DNA from: Anthoceros angustus
Taxonomy: Eukaryota; Plantae; Anthocerotophyta
Length of the DNA stretch: 64,000 nucleotides
Direction: 5' to 3'
NCBI GenBank assembly: GCA_010909165.1
Contig: VJWM01000116.1
Coordinates: 620,001 to 684,000 of the forward strand
Under the pieces are notes generated by a model, which ran no database searches, had not been told where the DNA came from, and saw only the letters and a list, made by a program, of their open reading frames with translations. The position numbers and the translations under genes were made by a program. Shown here one piece after another: positions 35,595 through 47,298 of this stretch (position 1 is its first letter; each line of letters opens with the position of its first letter).

Positions 35595-37099
35595 GACTCC
35601 TTACCACCTGTTGGACATCATTCGCAAATTGCAATGGAAACGCACCGTGAGCCTCGGCATAATAATTAACCAGCAAGCCCTCCTCCCTGAGGGGGAAAGA
35701 GAAGGAAGCCCTTAACTGAACCGAATGCACTTCTCAAAGTCCGGTCCAGGCAGGGGCACTGCTGCCTGTACACTTGGCACTGTGGAATGAGCTTGCAGTG
35801 TCAAGGCCAAATGTGTTTGATGCTTTCCTGTCAGCGGCAACAACTTCATGGATCATCCGCCTGGGAACTTCGGGGCTGATGGCCCACTGACTCGCTTTAG
35901 AGGGAACAGTCCTTTCCTGAACATAGAATGGATCCGAGCCAAGCTTTCGTCACGTTGGACGACCCTGCCATTCTTGTCGACCGTGTTCCGGAGTCCAGGG
36001 ACGTGATCCTCGGCTTCTCCAGGCGAGAGGTGTTCCCAACTTCCCGCGGTGGAGGTCCCCAACCACCACCAAACTGAAAGCTTTCTGCCGCATCCAAAAG
36101 GATGCCCAAGTACTGTTTCGGAAGCGACTTCACTCAGCTGCCGCTAGCTCTTCTGCTCTCACTTCAGATTCCTGGGCCCCATCCACGACACCATCACCAT
36201 GCATGACTATAGCTGCGATGTCTTCATCTACAAGCTCCAAAGCATGGGGCAATGCAGGGTCTTCGACAGGCTCCTCAACTTGTCCAGGTTCTCCAGCTTG
36301 CAGGGCCTGAGGACTTCCTTCGCTATCCACTGCAGCCGGTTGCCCCTCAGATGCCTCTTCGTCGGCTTCCAAGATGCCTGGACTGCCGTTAATATCAGCC
36401 AGACCTTCATCTGCGATTACTCCTGTGTTTGCAGCACTACTGTGCGCCTCCCCTGTCTCCTTGTCTTCACGGTCCTGAGAGCTGGCTTGCACCTCCGATG
36501 TTGCCGCGGTCGTCAGCTCACCTGGGGCACTTGGTTCAGCATCCTCCACGCTGATGGCCTTGGGCACCTCCTCTACTTGCGTATCTCTGTCATCGGAATC
36601 ACATTGCAATCCGGTCTGCAGCTCCTTTGTTTCCGTCTCCATTGTTACCGTGTCGGTCACATCACTTGACTGACCCGCTTCCACTAAGCTCCCCTCCTCC
36701 ATCGTTTCCGTCTCGGACAGATCACCTGACTCACCAACTAGAACCGGCTTCGCCACTTCAGCAGTTTCTTCTAGGTTCTCGTCCGCTGGATCAGCTGGAA
36801 CACAAACAGATCCTACTGTAAGAACGCTCCTTCAATGCCGCTTGCCGTTTAAGTAAAAATAAAGAAGACGACGAGGCACTGGTACCAAACTCAAACGGCC
36901 ACTTCAAGCCTTTGAAGGCTATTTCCTCGCTTAGACCATCGCTTCTGTTCAGCATACCCAGATGATGCAGCGCACAATGACAAGACACTGCCGGAAAAGA
37001 ATTCGTATCGCCGGCAGACGAGAATTCCCCTCGTAAAGCCTCTCCCACACCTGGGGCATAAACAGATCCTGATGCCAAAACACGCTCATGAAGCGAACA

Positions 37100-37576
37100 A
37101 TGAAGGCTGCCTGGACGCTGCTGCGGCTGCTGGTCCTCACTCTGCACTTGCCTGTTCCTCACGCAACACGCGCCCGAGCTCCGGCTCCCGTCCGGTATGC
37201 CGGCACCAACTCCTTCGACTTCTCCATCTCAGAGTAGGACCAGAGCGGTTACATGCCGCCGAGCGGGGACCACGGTCATCACCTAGACGTAGACAGCCTC
37301 GTGTCCGCCATCACAAGGGACGTGGAGGCCCTGACCTGGCCTTGGCCGATATCGCTGTGCGCAAACTCACCGCTTGATCGACTACGACGCAGGCCGGCAC
37401 CAACGTGCGCCTGGTATCCGGCTCCCAGGCGCGCCGCTACCCGCCTCTTCACCTACTCCGGGATCAACCTGGCGGACATGGTGAATAGGGCGTCCTGCGT
37501 CGGCTTCACTGGGGCCACCGGCATGGTAAGCGAGGAGAACTCCATCTACTCCTGGTCGTTTCAGAGCTGGCTGTAG
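37100..37576 (+). pseudogene. Legume-type lectin pseudogene, copy 2
   Basis: Tandem duplicate of 35108-35594. Confidence 0.7.
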
Positions 37577-38109
37577 GACTCCTTACCACCTGTTGGACAT
37601 CATTCGCAAATTGCAATGGAAACGCACCGTGAGCCTCGGCATAATAATTAACCAGCAAGCCCTCCTCCCTGAGGGGGAAAGAGAAGGAAGCCCTTAACTG
37701 AACTGAATGCACTTCTCAAAGTCCGGTCCAGGCAGGCACTGCTGCCTGTACACACTTGGCACTGTGGAATGAGCTTGCAGTGTCAAGGCCAAATGTGTTT
37801 GATGCTTTCCTGTCAGCGGCAACAACTTCATGGATCATCCGCCTGGGAACTTCGGGGCTGATGGCCCACTGACTCCTTTAGAGGGAACAGTCCTTTCCTG
37901 AACATAGAATGGATCCGAGCCAAGCTTTCGTCACGTTGGACGACCTGCCATTCTTGTCGACCGTGTTCCGGAGTCCAGGGACGTGATCCTCGGCTTCTCC
38001 AGGCGAGAGGTGTTCCCAACTTCCCGCGGTGGAGGTCCCCAACCACCACCAAACTGAAAGCTTTCTGCCGCATCCAAAAGGATGCCCAAGTACTGTTTCG
38101 GAAGCGACT

Positions 38110-41100
38110 TCACTCAGCTGCCGCTAGCTCTTCTGCTCTCACTTCAGATTCCTGGGCCCCATCCACGACACCATCACCATGCATGACTATAGCTGCGATG
38201 TCTTCATCTACAAGCTCCAAAGCATGGGGCAATGCAGGGTCTTCGACAGGCTCCTCAACTTGTCCAGGTTCTCCAGCTTGCAGGGCCTGAGGACTTCCTT
38301 CGCTATCCACTGCAGCCGGTTGCCCCTCAGATGCCTCTTCGTCGGCTTCCAAGATGCCTGGACTGCCGTTAATATCAGCCAGACCTTCATCTGCGATTAC
38401 TCCTGTGTTTGCAGCACTACTGTGCGCCTCCCCTGTCTCCTTGTCTTCACGGTCCTGAGAGCTGGCTTGCACCTCCGATGTTGCCGCGGTCGTCAGCTCA
38501 CCTGGGGCACTTGGTTCAGCATCCTCCACGCTGATGGCCTTGGGCACCTCCTCTACTTGCGTATCTCTGTCATCGGAATCACATTGCAATCCGGTCTGCA
38601 GCTCCTTTGTTTCCGTCTCCATTGTTACCGTGTCGGTCACATCACTTGACTGACCCGCTTCCACTAAGCTCCCCTCCTCCATCGTTTCCGTCTCGGACAG
38701 ATCACCTGACTCACCAACTAGAACCGGCTTCGCCACTTCAGCAGTTTCTTCTAGGTTCTCGTCCGCTGGATCAGCTGGGGAAGATTCTGCAGCTTCTACT
38801 TCAGACGGCTCTTCACTCTGAAAACCTGTATCAGGGACCTCATCAGCATCAACTTGTCCATCTGCATCAGAGGTGGCAGGTGGCGATGCGTCCTGGGTCA
38901 CAGCTTCTAAGATAAGAGGAGTATCCTCTCCGACTACGAGATCACCGTCAGGCAAGCCCTCAGCTGTGCAAGGACTTACAACTTCGGCCGATGTGGGCCC
39001 ACTGCATAGATCTGGCTCCATCGCCTGCAATGTACTATCTTCAAGCCCCGAGACCTCCTTACAATCCTCTGCTTCATCCAGACAGACATACCCTTTACGT
39101 GTCCCCAACTCACTTGTTAGATTGCTCTCTTTCCCATCTTCAACCTCAGGGACACTTGCTTCATCAACAACAGGGTGCAGAGGCTCATCTTGGAGTGGAA
39201 TCTGCTGTGTCTCTATTTCAGACAGATGACACCGACTAATGACAGGAGCTCCCTGAGTCTCTGCATCGTTCTGTGTGACATCATGCTTGCCTATTTCAGG
39301 CTCCCAGACGCTAGTCCCACAGCCTGATCTCACCCACTCCTCAAAAAGCTGTACACCGGCATCTACAGTGGGAGTTGAGGTAACATCCTCCCCTTCAGAC
39401 TCATCATCCAAGTCTCGAATGGACAACATTGGCAGTTGTACCAAATGTGGAATCGGTGCTCCTCTGTAAGGACCAACGGCTTGCACCGTTTCTTCCTCAT
39501 TAAGTCGAAACCACTCCTCGTTATCATTTCGAAGCTGGTTTACAGTGTTCATCTGCTCCTGTCAAATAAAACACCCACGAAACCACAAAAGTGAGTGTGC
39601 TTTGCATCGAACCAGATGCGTGTGGCACGTCCAGCTAGATATGAACCGAGACATAGCTAGTAGACATCAGCGCAGCAACAAGAAAAAAAAAAAAAGGTTA
39701 TGCTGCAATTCCACAATACCTTCAGCAAGAGCTGCAGAGACAACACCTCGGCACTGGTCTTTTCAAGACGTGCTTCGGACTCTCTTCGTCTTGCTAGGGC
39801 TGCAACTGTCTCTTGTCGGGAACGCTTTAACTGAGGGTAGAGAGAACATTCATCAGTCAGCGCTTGCATCCTCACCAAGAGGCACACATGCATCAGCAAT
39901 GATCAAGACCGAGCGAAAAAGCAGGATTGAGGTCACTGGGACAATCTTGCAACACTCAGGTCGCGGTACCTGCGCCTCCAGTTCTTCCACTCGGTGAACA
40001 GAAGCCTGTTCAGTACGAGCACGGAGCTCACGCTCTTGGTCAAGCATTTCCATTAGCTGGTACCTTAGCTCAGCCATTTCTTGAGCTAAGTCCTCAGCTT
40101 CCTCCTTTGCTCTTTCTTTTTCCTCCTTAAGTTCGGTCTGCATCAAAGCATGGGAGTCCAGCTTAGCTCTGAATACAACTACAGAGATGCACAAAACAAG
40201 ACATTCCAGAAATACGAACCTTCAACTGGGCAACAGCAGACTCCAGCTCACTCAGTTCCTTTGCCTTTTGCGCCAATTCCTCTGTGGCTGCATATTCTCG
40301 CCTCTCGACCTCTGCTAATTTTGATTTCCATGACTCAAGTTCTTCCTCGTCAACCGAATCCAGAGAAGCTTCCCCAATGTCTAGTAACGCTTGAATAAGG
40401 CCCTGGGTCCTCACTGGAGATAACTGCGGTGAAGAAAACCTGGGGGGAGATCGCTGAGGTGAAATATACCTAGCAGACGATCTATGTGGTGAAGGGAATC
40501 GAGCTGGAGATATCTGAGGGGAATAGAGAAATGCAGTATCTTTTCTTGAATCAAGCGAAAAACTTCTGTTCAGCTTTGATCTCCCGACACCACTGCACGC
40601 AAACATATCAAAAACGTTGGATGAATCAAAAGAAAATCTACAAAACCACTTCATACCAAGTGAAGAAACACATACAGTGGCCGGAATTCGAAGACGTCAT
40701 CAGCATCGGCAAATCCTTCAAATAACTCCTCTTCCTGTCCCTGGCTGTGAAGTTGCCTAACCTGCTCCTGCAACCCTCTCCTCTCCCTGTCCCATTCACT
40801 GATTCTTTTAGCGTGCACTTGCTCCAACTGACAAAACGATTCCACCCATGTCCCTTCAGACCTAGCCAGGTCTGTCTTCAGGTGCATAATCTCACCTTGT
40901 ATGTTAATCATCTTTTGCTGTGCCTTAGATACTTGGTTCTCCAAGAAGTTCACTAACTCTGTGAGCTTCCTGGCTTCTGCTGTTTTATCTTCCAAAGAAC
41001 GCTGCAGGTCAAAGCAATCAAATTCAGCTTTGGCGAGCTCTTCCTTCAGATGCATAATCTGGTCTTGATAGTCTGCTTTGCTCTGAGCAATTAACTGCTC

Positions 41101-42949
41101 AAGACGCTCCACAGTTTGAGACACTGTTGCAAACTCCATGTTCTTCTCCTCCAGGCGTTGCTGCATGCGTAGGCGGTCTGTTTCAGATTTGGCCAATTCA
41201 TCACGCAAATGATTGACTTTTTTCACATGCAACGCAACTAGCTGTTCTGAAACAGTGGTGCTCCCTTCAAGCTCCCGGACTTGCTCATTCAGACGCTTCA
41301 ACTCCCTATCTTTCTCACTCACGATTGCTGTTAGAGAGTCTGCACGACATTTGCAGAAGTTAAAACTCGCACTTCCAGCAGAATCATTGTGTAGCTGGCT
41401 GTCAGCAAACGAAACAGATAAGCATCATTGCTATAGATGAGTAGTAGCTAAAGGAGGCATGTACCACAACGTTGTGAGAAGGTTTGCAACTGCAGCTCCA
41501 GCCTCTGAAGTGCCGCATCTTGAGTTACATCATCCAATTGCACGCCTTCCAACTCCTGAGTACTGAACCTCTGCACTCTCAAATGCCAGCAAATGAGCCC
41601 CGAGGCCAGGGCTATGGGTTGCCAAGAGGCCACCCAACAGCACAACTTTCTTCAGATTCAAAACTGAATAGGAGACATTACCCGAACCATTCGCCGGTTT
41701 TTCTGCTGCTCAGCCACAAACATCTGCTCAAAGGTATCTCTTTCATCCTTCAGCTACAGACAGATAAACATGGATTAAAGTTCGCAACGAAATGCATCGG
41801 AGAACAGCATAAACAAAAGTGCGCCCAACAAAGCCCCTCTTCCCGCACCGACAATACACTTACCTGCTTACATCTGATCTCTAAAAACAGAAGATCTCCA
41901 TTTTGACCACCTGATGGGAGAGCTCCAGCACTATCACTTCTCGAGTGCAGATAACCCTGGAATCCAAATGACGTCACTTAGAAAGATGAGGAATCCCTTC
42001 ATCACCAATGTACGTCTCTACGAAGTCAACAACAACACAATCATCATCCTGTTCAAGCACCTTCTTCTCGGATGCCTCCTGAGTCTCCGTGTCAGCGGGA
42101 TACCTGCACGCCAAATATTTGGGTTAATAAACCACTCAATCCCTACAAAGCACCAAAACCCACAGGGCACCGCAAAATCCCACCTGATGTGCGCTGGATC
42201 CCCAGAAAACGCACCGGCATACGCACCCTGGTTTCGTTGCATCTGCAAACAATAAAGTAGGTTATACTCCCACCCTGCGAGTAGGTGGAGTGCTGAATCT
42301 AAGGCAAACGCTCCACAAAAACCTACCATCTTCACTTTGTAGTCCGCACCCACGGACCTTCCAGAGGACTGCGCTTCCGGCATATCCTTCACCTGCACAG
42401 CAAGCCCTTCCGGAACTCAGCTAAGAAAATTCCACCGAACCTTTGACAAACACAAACCAAAGCCCCGACTTTCCGACATACCCTGGATTTGAAGAACGAC
42501 AGAGCCCCGGGCTTCCACTTCTTCGAAGCCATCGAAACCCGGAAGAGAAAAACCCAACACTCCGCTTCACTCTAAAATCAATTAGCCACCACGAATCGCA
42601 TCCTCCAGAAGCTCAAGATCGCACCACAAGCTGCCAGGCCCCGACTCCCATCCAACGCTCCATCAGCTCCTCGTCCATTTCCCACCGGCGCCAAGTAGCA
42701 ACAACGTCACCTCGCATCTTCCCACCCTCCAATACAGAGTTCCCGCATCTCATCACCTACCTACCACCAACAGTACAATACAGTACCATACAGTACCTAC
42801 CGACCCCGCCCCCCGAGCCGGCGGAACCGCATCGGTGCCATCGCCACCACTACCATCGACACCTCAAAGATCCGCATTCCAGCCCTGACCTCCACCTCAA
42901 ATCCTTCCCCTGCCCCTGCAACCAGCCCTTCGCAGAATCCCTGCGCCAT
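38110..42949 (-). CDS. Multi-exon coiled-coil protein with long acidic disordered C-terminal exon
   Basis: GT-AG exons encoding LKDERDTFEQMF, KDRELKRLNEQVRELE..., ELKEEKERAKEEAEDLAQEMAELRYQ and LKRSRQETVAAL...; acceptor tttgacag|GAGCAG joins the 480-codon ORF 38110-39552. The start codon is uncertain. Confidence 0.75.
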
Positions 42950-45855
42950 CTCCGCCCTCTCCCAGCTCAGCAACCTGGCTACCCTGCTCCCCGCCCCCAA
43001 ACCCCTCCTCGCCCCCAATTCCCTCTCCACCCTGCTCCTGCTGCAGCAAGCCCGCAGCTCCGCAAACCTCCCCGCATTTTCCTCCCACGACCCAAGCCGC
43101 TCAATTCCACCGCTGCACAGCTCCAGAAACCCGCTCCTTCACCGCAATCCAGCTCCCAAGCACGCAAGCCGCGGAAAACCCACCCAGGCCCGCAAGCTTG
43201 CAGGCTCCGGGCAAGGATGGAAGGAAGTCACGATCGAGCACGTCGCGGAGGAAAGCGCACAGTTCAAACTTTAAGCGAGACGCCAGAGGAGGCACGGGAA
43301 TCAAGACCCCGAGTCGGTGCTGGACGATGGGACGTGAATCGCGCGTTTGAATTAACGATAGTATAACCGGGTTTGCCTTTTTCCCGCGTGCCCCGCCCGG
43401 CCAGAGCGCCACGTCCGGGCTGCGTGCATATTATTTGCTTACCACACTGGCCATGGAATTCGTTTCATACGCCGCCCCGATTCGAATTGCAGCAAAGAAG
43501 GAATGTGCGGCATGGCGATGGCATATGTAGATACCGGTACACTGTTCGTTTTTGTCGCTCCCATATTCGGGCTTCGAGGAAGCAGGTGCGCACGAAACCT
43601 CAGTTTCTTGCCTCACGAAATGCATTTTATTATTCGCAAAAGGTGACGACAGTAGGCGGGCATGTAGCGTGCACCGGTTGCCTGATGTACGGCCGGGACT
43701 GGGGGTCGCGGTGGAATTAAGAGCGCCCAGCAGTTGGTCGTTGGTCGGGACGGCGTGGCGGTTTTCGCGTGCCTCATTCGGCGGCTGGCTTCATGTCCCC
43801 CATCCGCTCATCTCATTCCGACGCAGCTCCCATCGCCCATCGCCCATCGCCCGTGGTCCACCCACATTCCACACCCTTCGCTGGAATTCCGCGATGCGTT
43901 CTTCGAGGCATCGTTTTGAGATATGTTTGTAAGCCTTATCACGTCCTACCTACATAGATATTCAGTCGTTTCAGGTCTTGATTCGTCTCACATTCACCAA
44001 TGAACTTAGAAGGAAAAATCTAGAAGCGTACATGTAACATTTAGTCGAAGTTCACTTTGGATATGAAGAAAGAGGAGTTATATGCTTGCTTAGTATCTCT
44101 CAAAATCAATTTAGATGGTAATGCTCTTGCCTTCACCTCATAAGGTTTGAGCTATTTTTCGGGCCTTGTGGATGAATTTGTCCTTATTTTGCTCTAACTA
44201 ATTATAAAAAACTATGATGGCTCTCTTCTCTCCACGAGAATTACCAACCTCTTCACCTCTACCTCCACATTTGTCGGAAAAAGTTTTAGCCGTCTCAAGC
44301 TTTCAACACCAATTTGCTAAGCACACGAAGCCACCGTGGCAAGAGGAACGGGGGTGGGCATCTTTAGAGAGATCGAGACTCCTGAGCAACATTATTAGCT
44401 GAACATCTTACCACCATGAACATCTTCAAAAAAATTGGGCCTCTATAGGCTCACAAGATTTTCCAAATAAACACTTTGAGACTTAAAACTAATCATCACT
44501 TCACGAGGGAAGCTCAAAGTTCCTCAATGAACAAGCTAAAATTGCTGGGTCCTTCCTTATCCTTCCTTATGGATGATGGCGAATGCGCTGTGCGAATTTG
44601 CGAGCAAAACCCTGGTCAAGGTAATGTGCGTACCAAGAGCGTGGATGAGGTAAGTTGGGCTACTGGAGTACCAATGCTGTGGTGGAAGCCCGTCAGAGGT
44701 GCCACTGTCGCAACAGTGGATAACCCTAAACCACATGTAAACCAACCAGGTTCTAGGGAATGTATGAGAATCTTTCCTTTGGGGTGCTAGCAAGGAACGA
44801 AGATGATCTTTGATTTTTTGGTTCAAAACTTATGCATTTGCAAGAGCCTAGCCAGAGCATTTGCTCAAACATCTAAGATCGAGAATCAATGTATACATAA
44901 TTCAAGGAGTGAAAATATATCGAAAACGACTCATTTTGAGTCGCTCACCCCTTATGGAGTTAAAGGCTTGAGATGTATTGAGACATGTCCATGCTCAAAT
45001 CTCAGGAAATATTTTGAACATCATGAATTTTGAGAAGATTTGGAGGTTTTTATAAATATTACGCTACGTTGAAATTACGTTGGACAACCGTTTCAGATAT
45101 TTCTCAGGAGGTGGTCAAAGGACTCAAATATTTGTTGCAAACTAGAGACTACCATATCCGATTGATGGATACTCGCTACCAAGGGATTGCCACCGCGTTG
45201 AAGGACAATGAACACCCGGCGGTGGAAGAAAATCGTAAAATTAGAAAGCAAAAGCCCGGTACTTAGCGTGCAAACATGATACTTTATCAAAATCCTCAAC
45301 TATCGCCCCACACGCGGTGACCCGCTTCCATTTCTATGCACTTTCAAGTTTCCTCTCTCGGTCTTTTTGCACGAGTGTCTTGACTCTTGTTGGTGTAGTT
45401 TCTGCTTTCCATTATCACATAGTTCCATCTGCTCCTCGTGACGGGAGCTGTAGTGGAGGACCGGTCGAACCAGCACCTGTTCCAGCTGCCTCCCCGGGGA
45501 GTTGTAGACCTCGATGTGGAGTCATCGGTTCGCCGTGCAGATTCAGCAGTTGGTTCTCTTCTACAGCATAATGAACACACAGAGGTGGTGAAAAAGGAAA
45601 ATTCCTTGATATGAAAGAATTCGTCTCGCACTAACACAACGGCTGCCTAATGGCACCTCCATCCTCGGGCGATCGGGCAATCCAGCAGCACCTAACCGCC
45701 CAGCTTATGATGCACTTTAGCCCCTGCAGTCCAGCGACGTCCTAGAGCAAGAGCAGGCTCTTGCCCACTCGTATGGGTTGGTCTCCTCTTCACAAATATG
45801 GGTTGGTCCACTGTTGACAAATATGGGTTGGTCTGCTGTTCACATCAGTGAGGCA

Positions 45856-47298
45856 CTACACGTTAAACAGAACCCAAATAACCGACAACAACACGAAAGT
45901 GGTAGCTTCCGTGGTTAGGATTCTCTCCCCCTTGCCATTGGCTGATACCGGAAGTTGAAGAAAGGGTTTAGGTGCAGGGGGAGGGGGAGGCGGAGGGGTG
46001 AGAAAGGCTAAGTCTGCTCCAGAGCACATGTCCAGTCCTAGCACCAAAGCCGTTCCACCCAGGGTCGGTGGGTAGCACAATCCAGCATTTTGGGTGAGAG
46101 CAAGGTCGTTCCCCATTCGCAATACAAACTCCAAAGTGAAGGGCAGAGCGCCAGTCAGGTTGTTCGAGCTGATGTTCAGCTTCTGGAGCTGAGACAGATC
46201 TCCCAAGGTTGGAGGAATGGCACCTGTGAAGTTGTTGCCGTCCAACGCCATGTATCTCACACCTGACAGGCTGCCGATGGATGCAGGAATATCCCCTGTG
46301 AAGCCTGCCTGTGATAGGTCCAAGGCGGCAAGATTCTTCAGTCCAGACCAGATGCTGTCAGGAAGAGGTACCTGCATTGCGTTTCTGCTCAGCACGAGGT
46401 CCTGCAATCTTGAGAGGGCTGTAAAAGTCTCTGGAATTCCACCTCTGAGGTTGTTTCCGCTGAGATCTAGCAGAAGCAAGTCGCCAAGCCCGCTGAGAGA
46501 CTCCGGAATCTGGCCTTGAAGGTTGTTGCCAGACAGGTCCAGCATCTGGAGATCGCGAAGCCTGCCAAGCTGAGAGGGGATGGGACCTTGGAAGCTGTTC
46601 TTGCTGAAGTCTAGCAAAACCAAGCTCTTCAGGTTGCCAAGACTGGGAGGAATGGTCCCTGCAAAATGGTTGTTGTAAACCTCTAGCTGAAAAAGGTTAG
46701 ACAAGCTTCCAAGTTCCGGAGGCAGTCTACCCTGAAGACCGTTCTGAAGCAAGATCAGGCGCTGCAGACCTCTAATGCTGCCTATCTGTGGAGGGAGCTT
46801 TCCAATCAATGCGGGATTTTTCTGGAAGGACAGGACTCTGAGGTTGGAGAGCCTGGAAATGTTGGAAGGGATGACAGCAGACACGTTGACAAAACAAGAG
46901 AGAAATTGAAGACTGGTTAGATGTACGAGGTTGAATAGAGAAGGATGTATATACGCTCTGCCTCCGCAGAAGATGTTCGTTGAGAAGTCGGACGTGGAGC
47001 CCAACTCCAATGACGTCACATAGTAGGTTCCGTTGATAGGATTACAGGTGATTCCCGTGGGACCATAACAAGGATCAGGATAATACGCAGGCCAGTCATA
47101 CTCATCGTTCACAGCTTTCCAGACATCAAACACGGCTTCCACCTCCAGAGGTGTCAAGGTTGGGACGAAGTAGTCATCAACCGGACCGGCTGCTGGAGAT
47201 GGAGAAGGGGGCAAAGACGGCTGCGGGGCTGTCAGTCCATAAGATCTACCAGTATAACAGAGAAGAATCCACCAAACCACGCTGAGAAAACGGGGCAT
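45856..47298 (-). CDS. LRR receptor-like protein, PII-2/TMM-like, single exon, signal peptide and hydrophobic C-terminal anchor
   Basis: MPRFLSVVWWILLCYTG signal (ATG at 47298); WPAYYPDPCYGPTGITC cap; LFNLVHLTSLQFLSCF; about 10 plant LRRs LxxLDLSxNxLxGxIP; LPFTLEFVLRMG...NAGLCY; Pro-rich stalk; no kinase domain. Confidence 0.9.
   Translation of the reverse strand: MPRFLSVVWWILLCYTGRSYGLTAPQPSLPPSPSPAAGPVDDYFVPTLTPLEVEAVFDVWKAVNDEYDWPAYYPDPCYGPTGITCNPINGTYYVTSLELGSTSDFSTNIFCGGRAYIHPSLFNLVHLTSLQFLSCFVNVSAVIPSNISRLSNLRVLSFQKNPALIGKLPPQIGSIRGLQRLILLQNGLQGRLPPELGSLSNLFQLEVYNNHFAGTIPPSLGNLKSLVLLDFSKNSFQGPIPSQLGRLRDLQMLDLSGNNLQGQIPESLSGLGDLLLLDLSGNNLRGGIPETFTALSRLQDLVLSRNAMQVPLPDSIWSGLKNLAALDLSQAGFTGDIPASIGSLSGVRYMALDGNNFTGAIPPTLGDLSQLQKLNISSNNLTGALPFTLEFVLRMGNDLALTQNAGLCYPPTLGGTALVLGLDMCSGADLAFLTPPPPPPPAPKPFLQLPVSANGKGERILTTEATTFVLLSVIWVLFNV

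Larger units (their letters stand above)
34801..38778. repeat. About 1.99-kb tandem duplication covering the 3' end of the coiled-coil gene and a lectin pseudogene
   Basis: 34801-36791 is nearly identical to 36792-38771, differing mainly by indels. CAGCTGG occurs at 34801, 36792 and 38772. Confidence 0.9.

Noticed and set aside
42443-43366. 307-aa Pro-rich ORF on +
   Set aside because: Antisense to the GC-rich first exon and promoter of the coiled-coil gene; low complexity.
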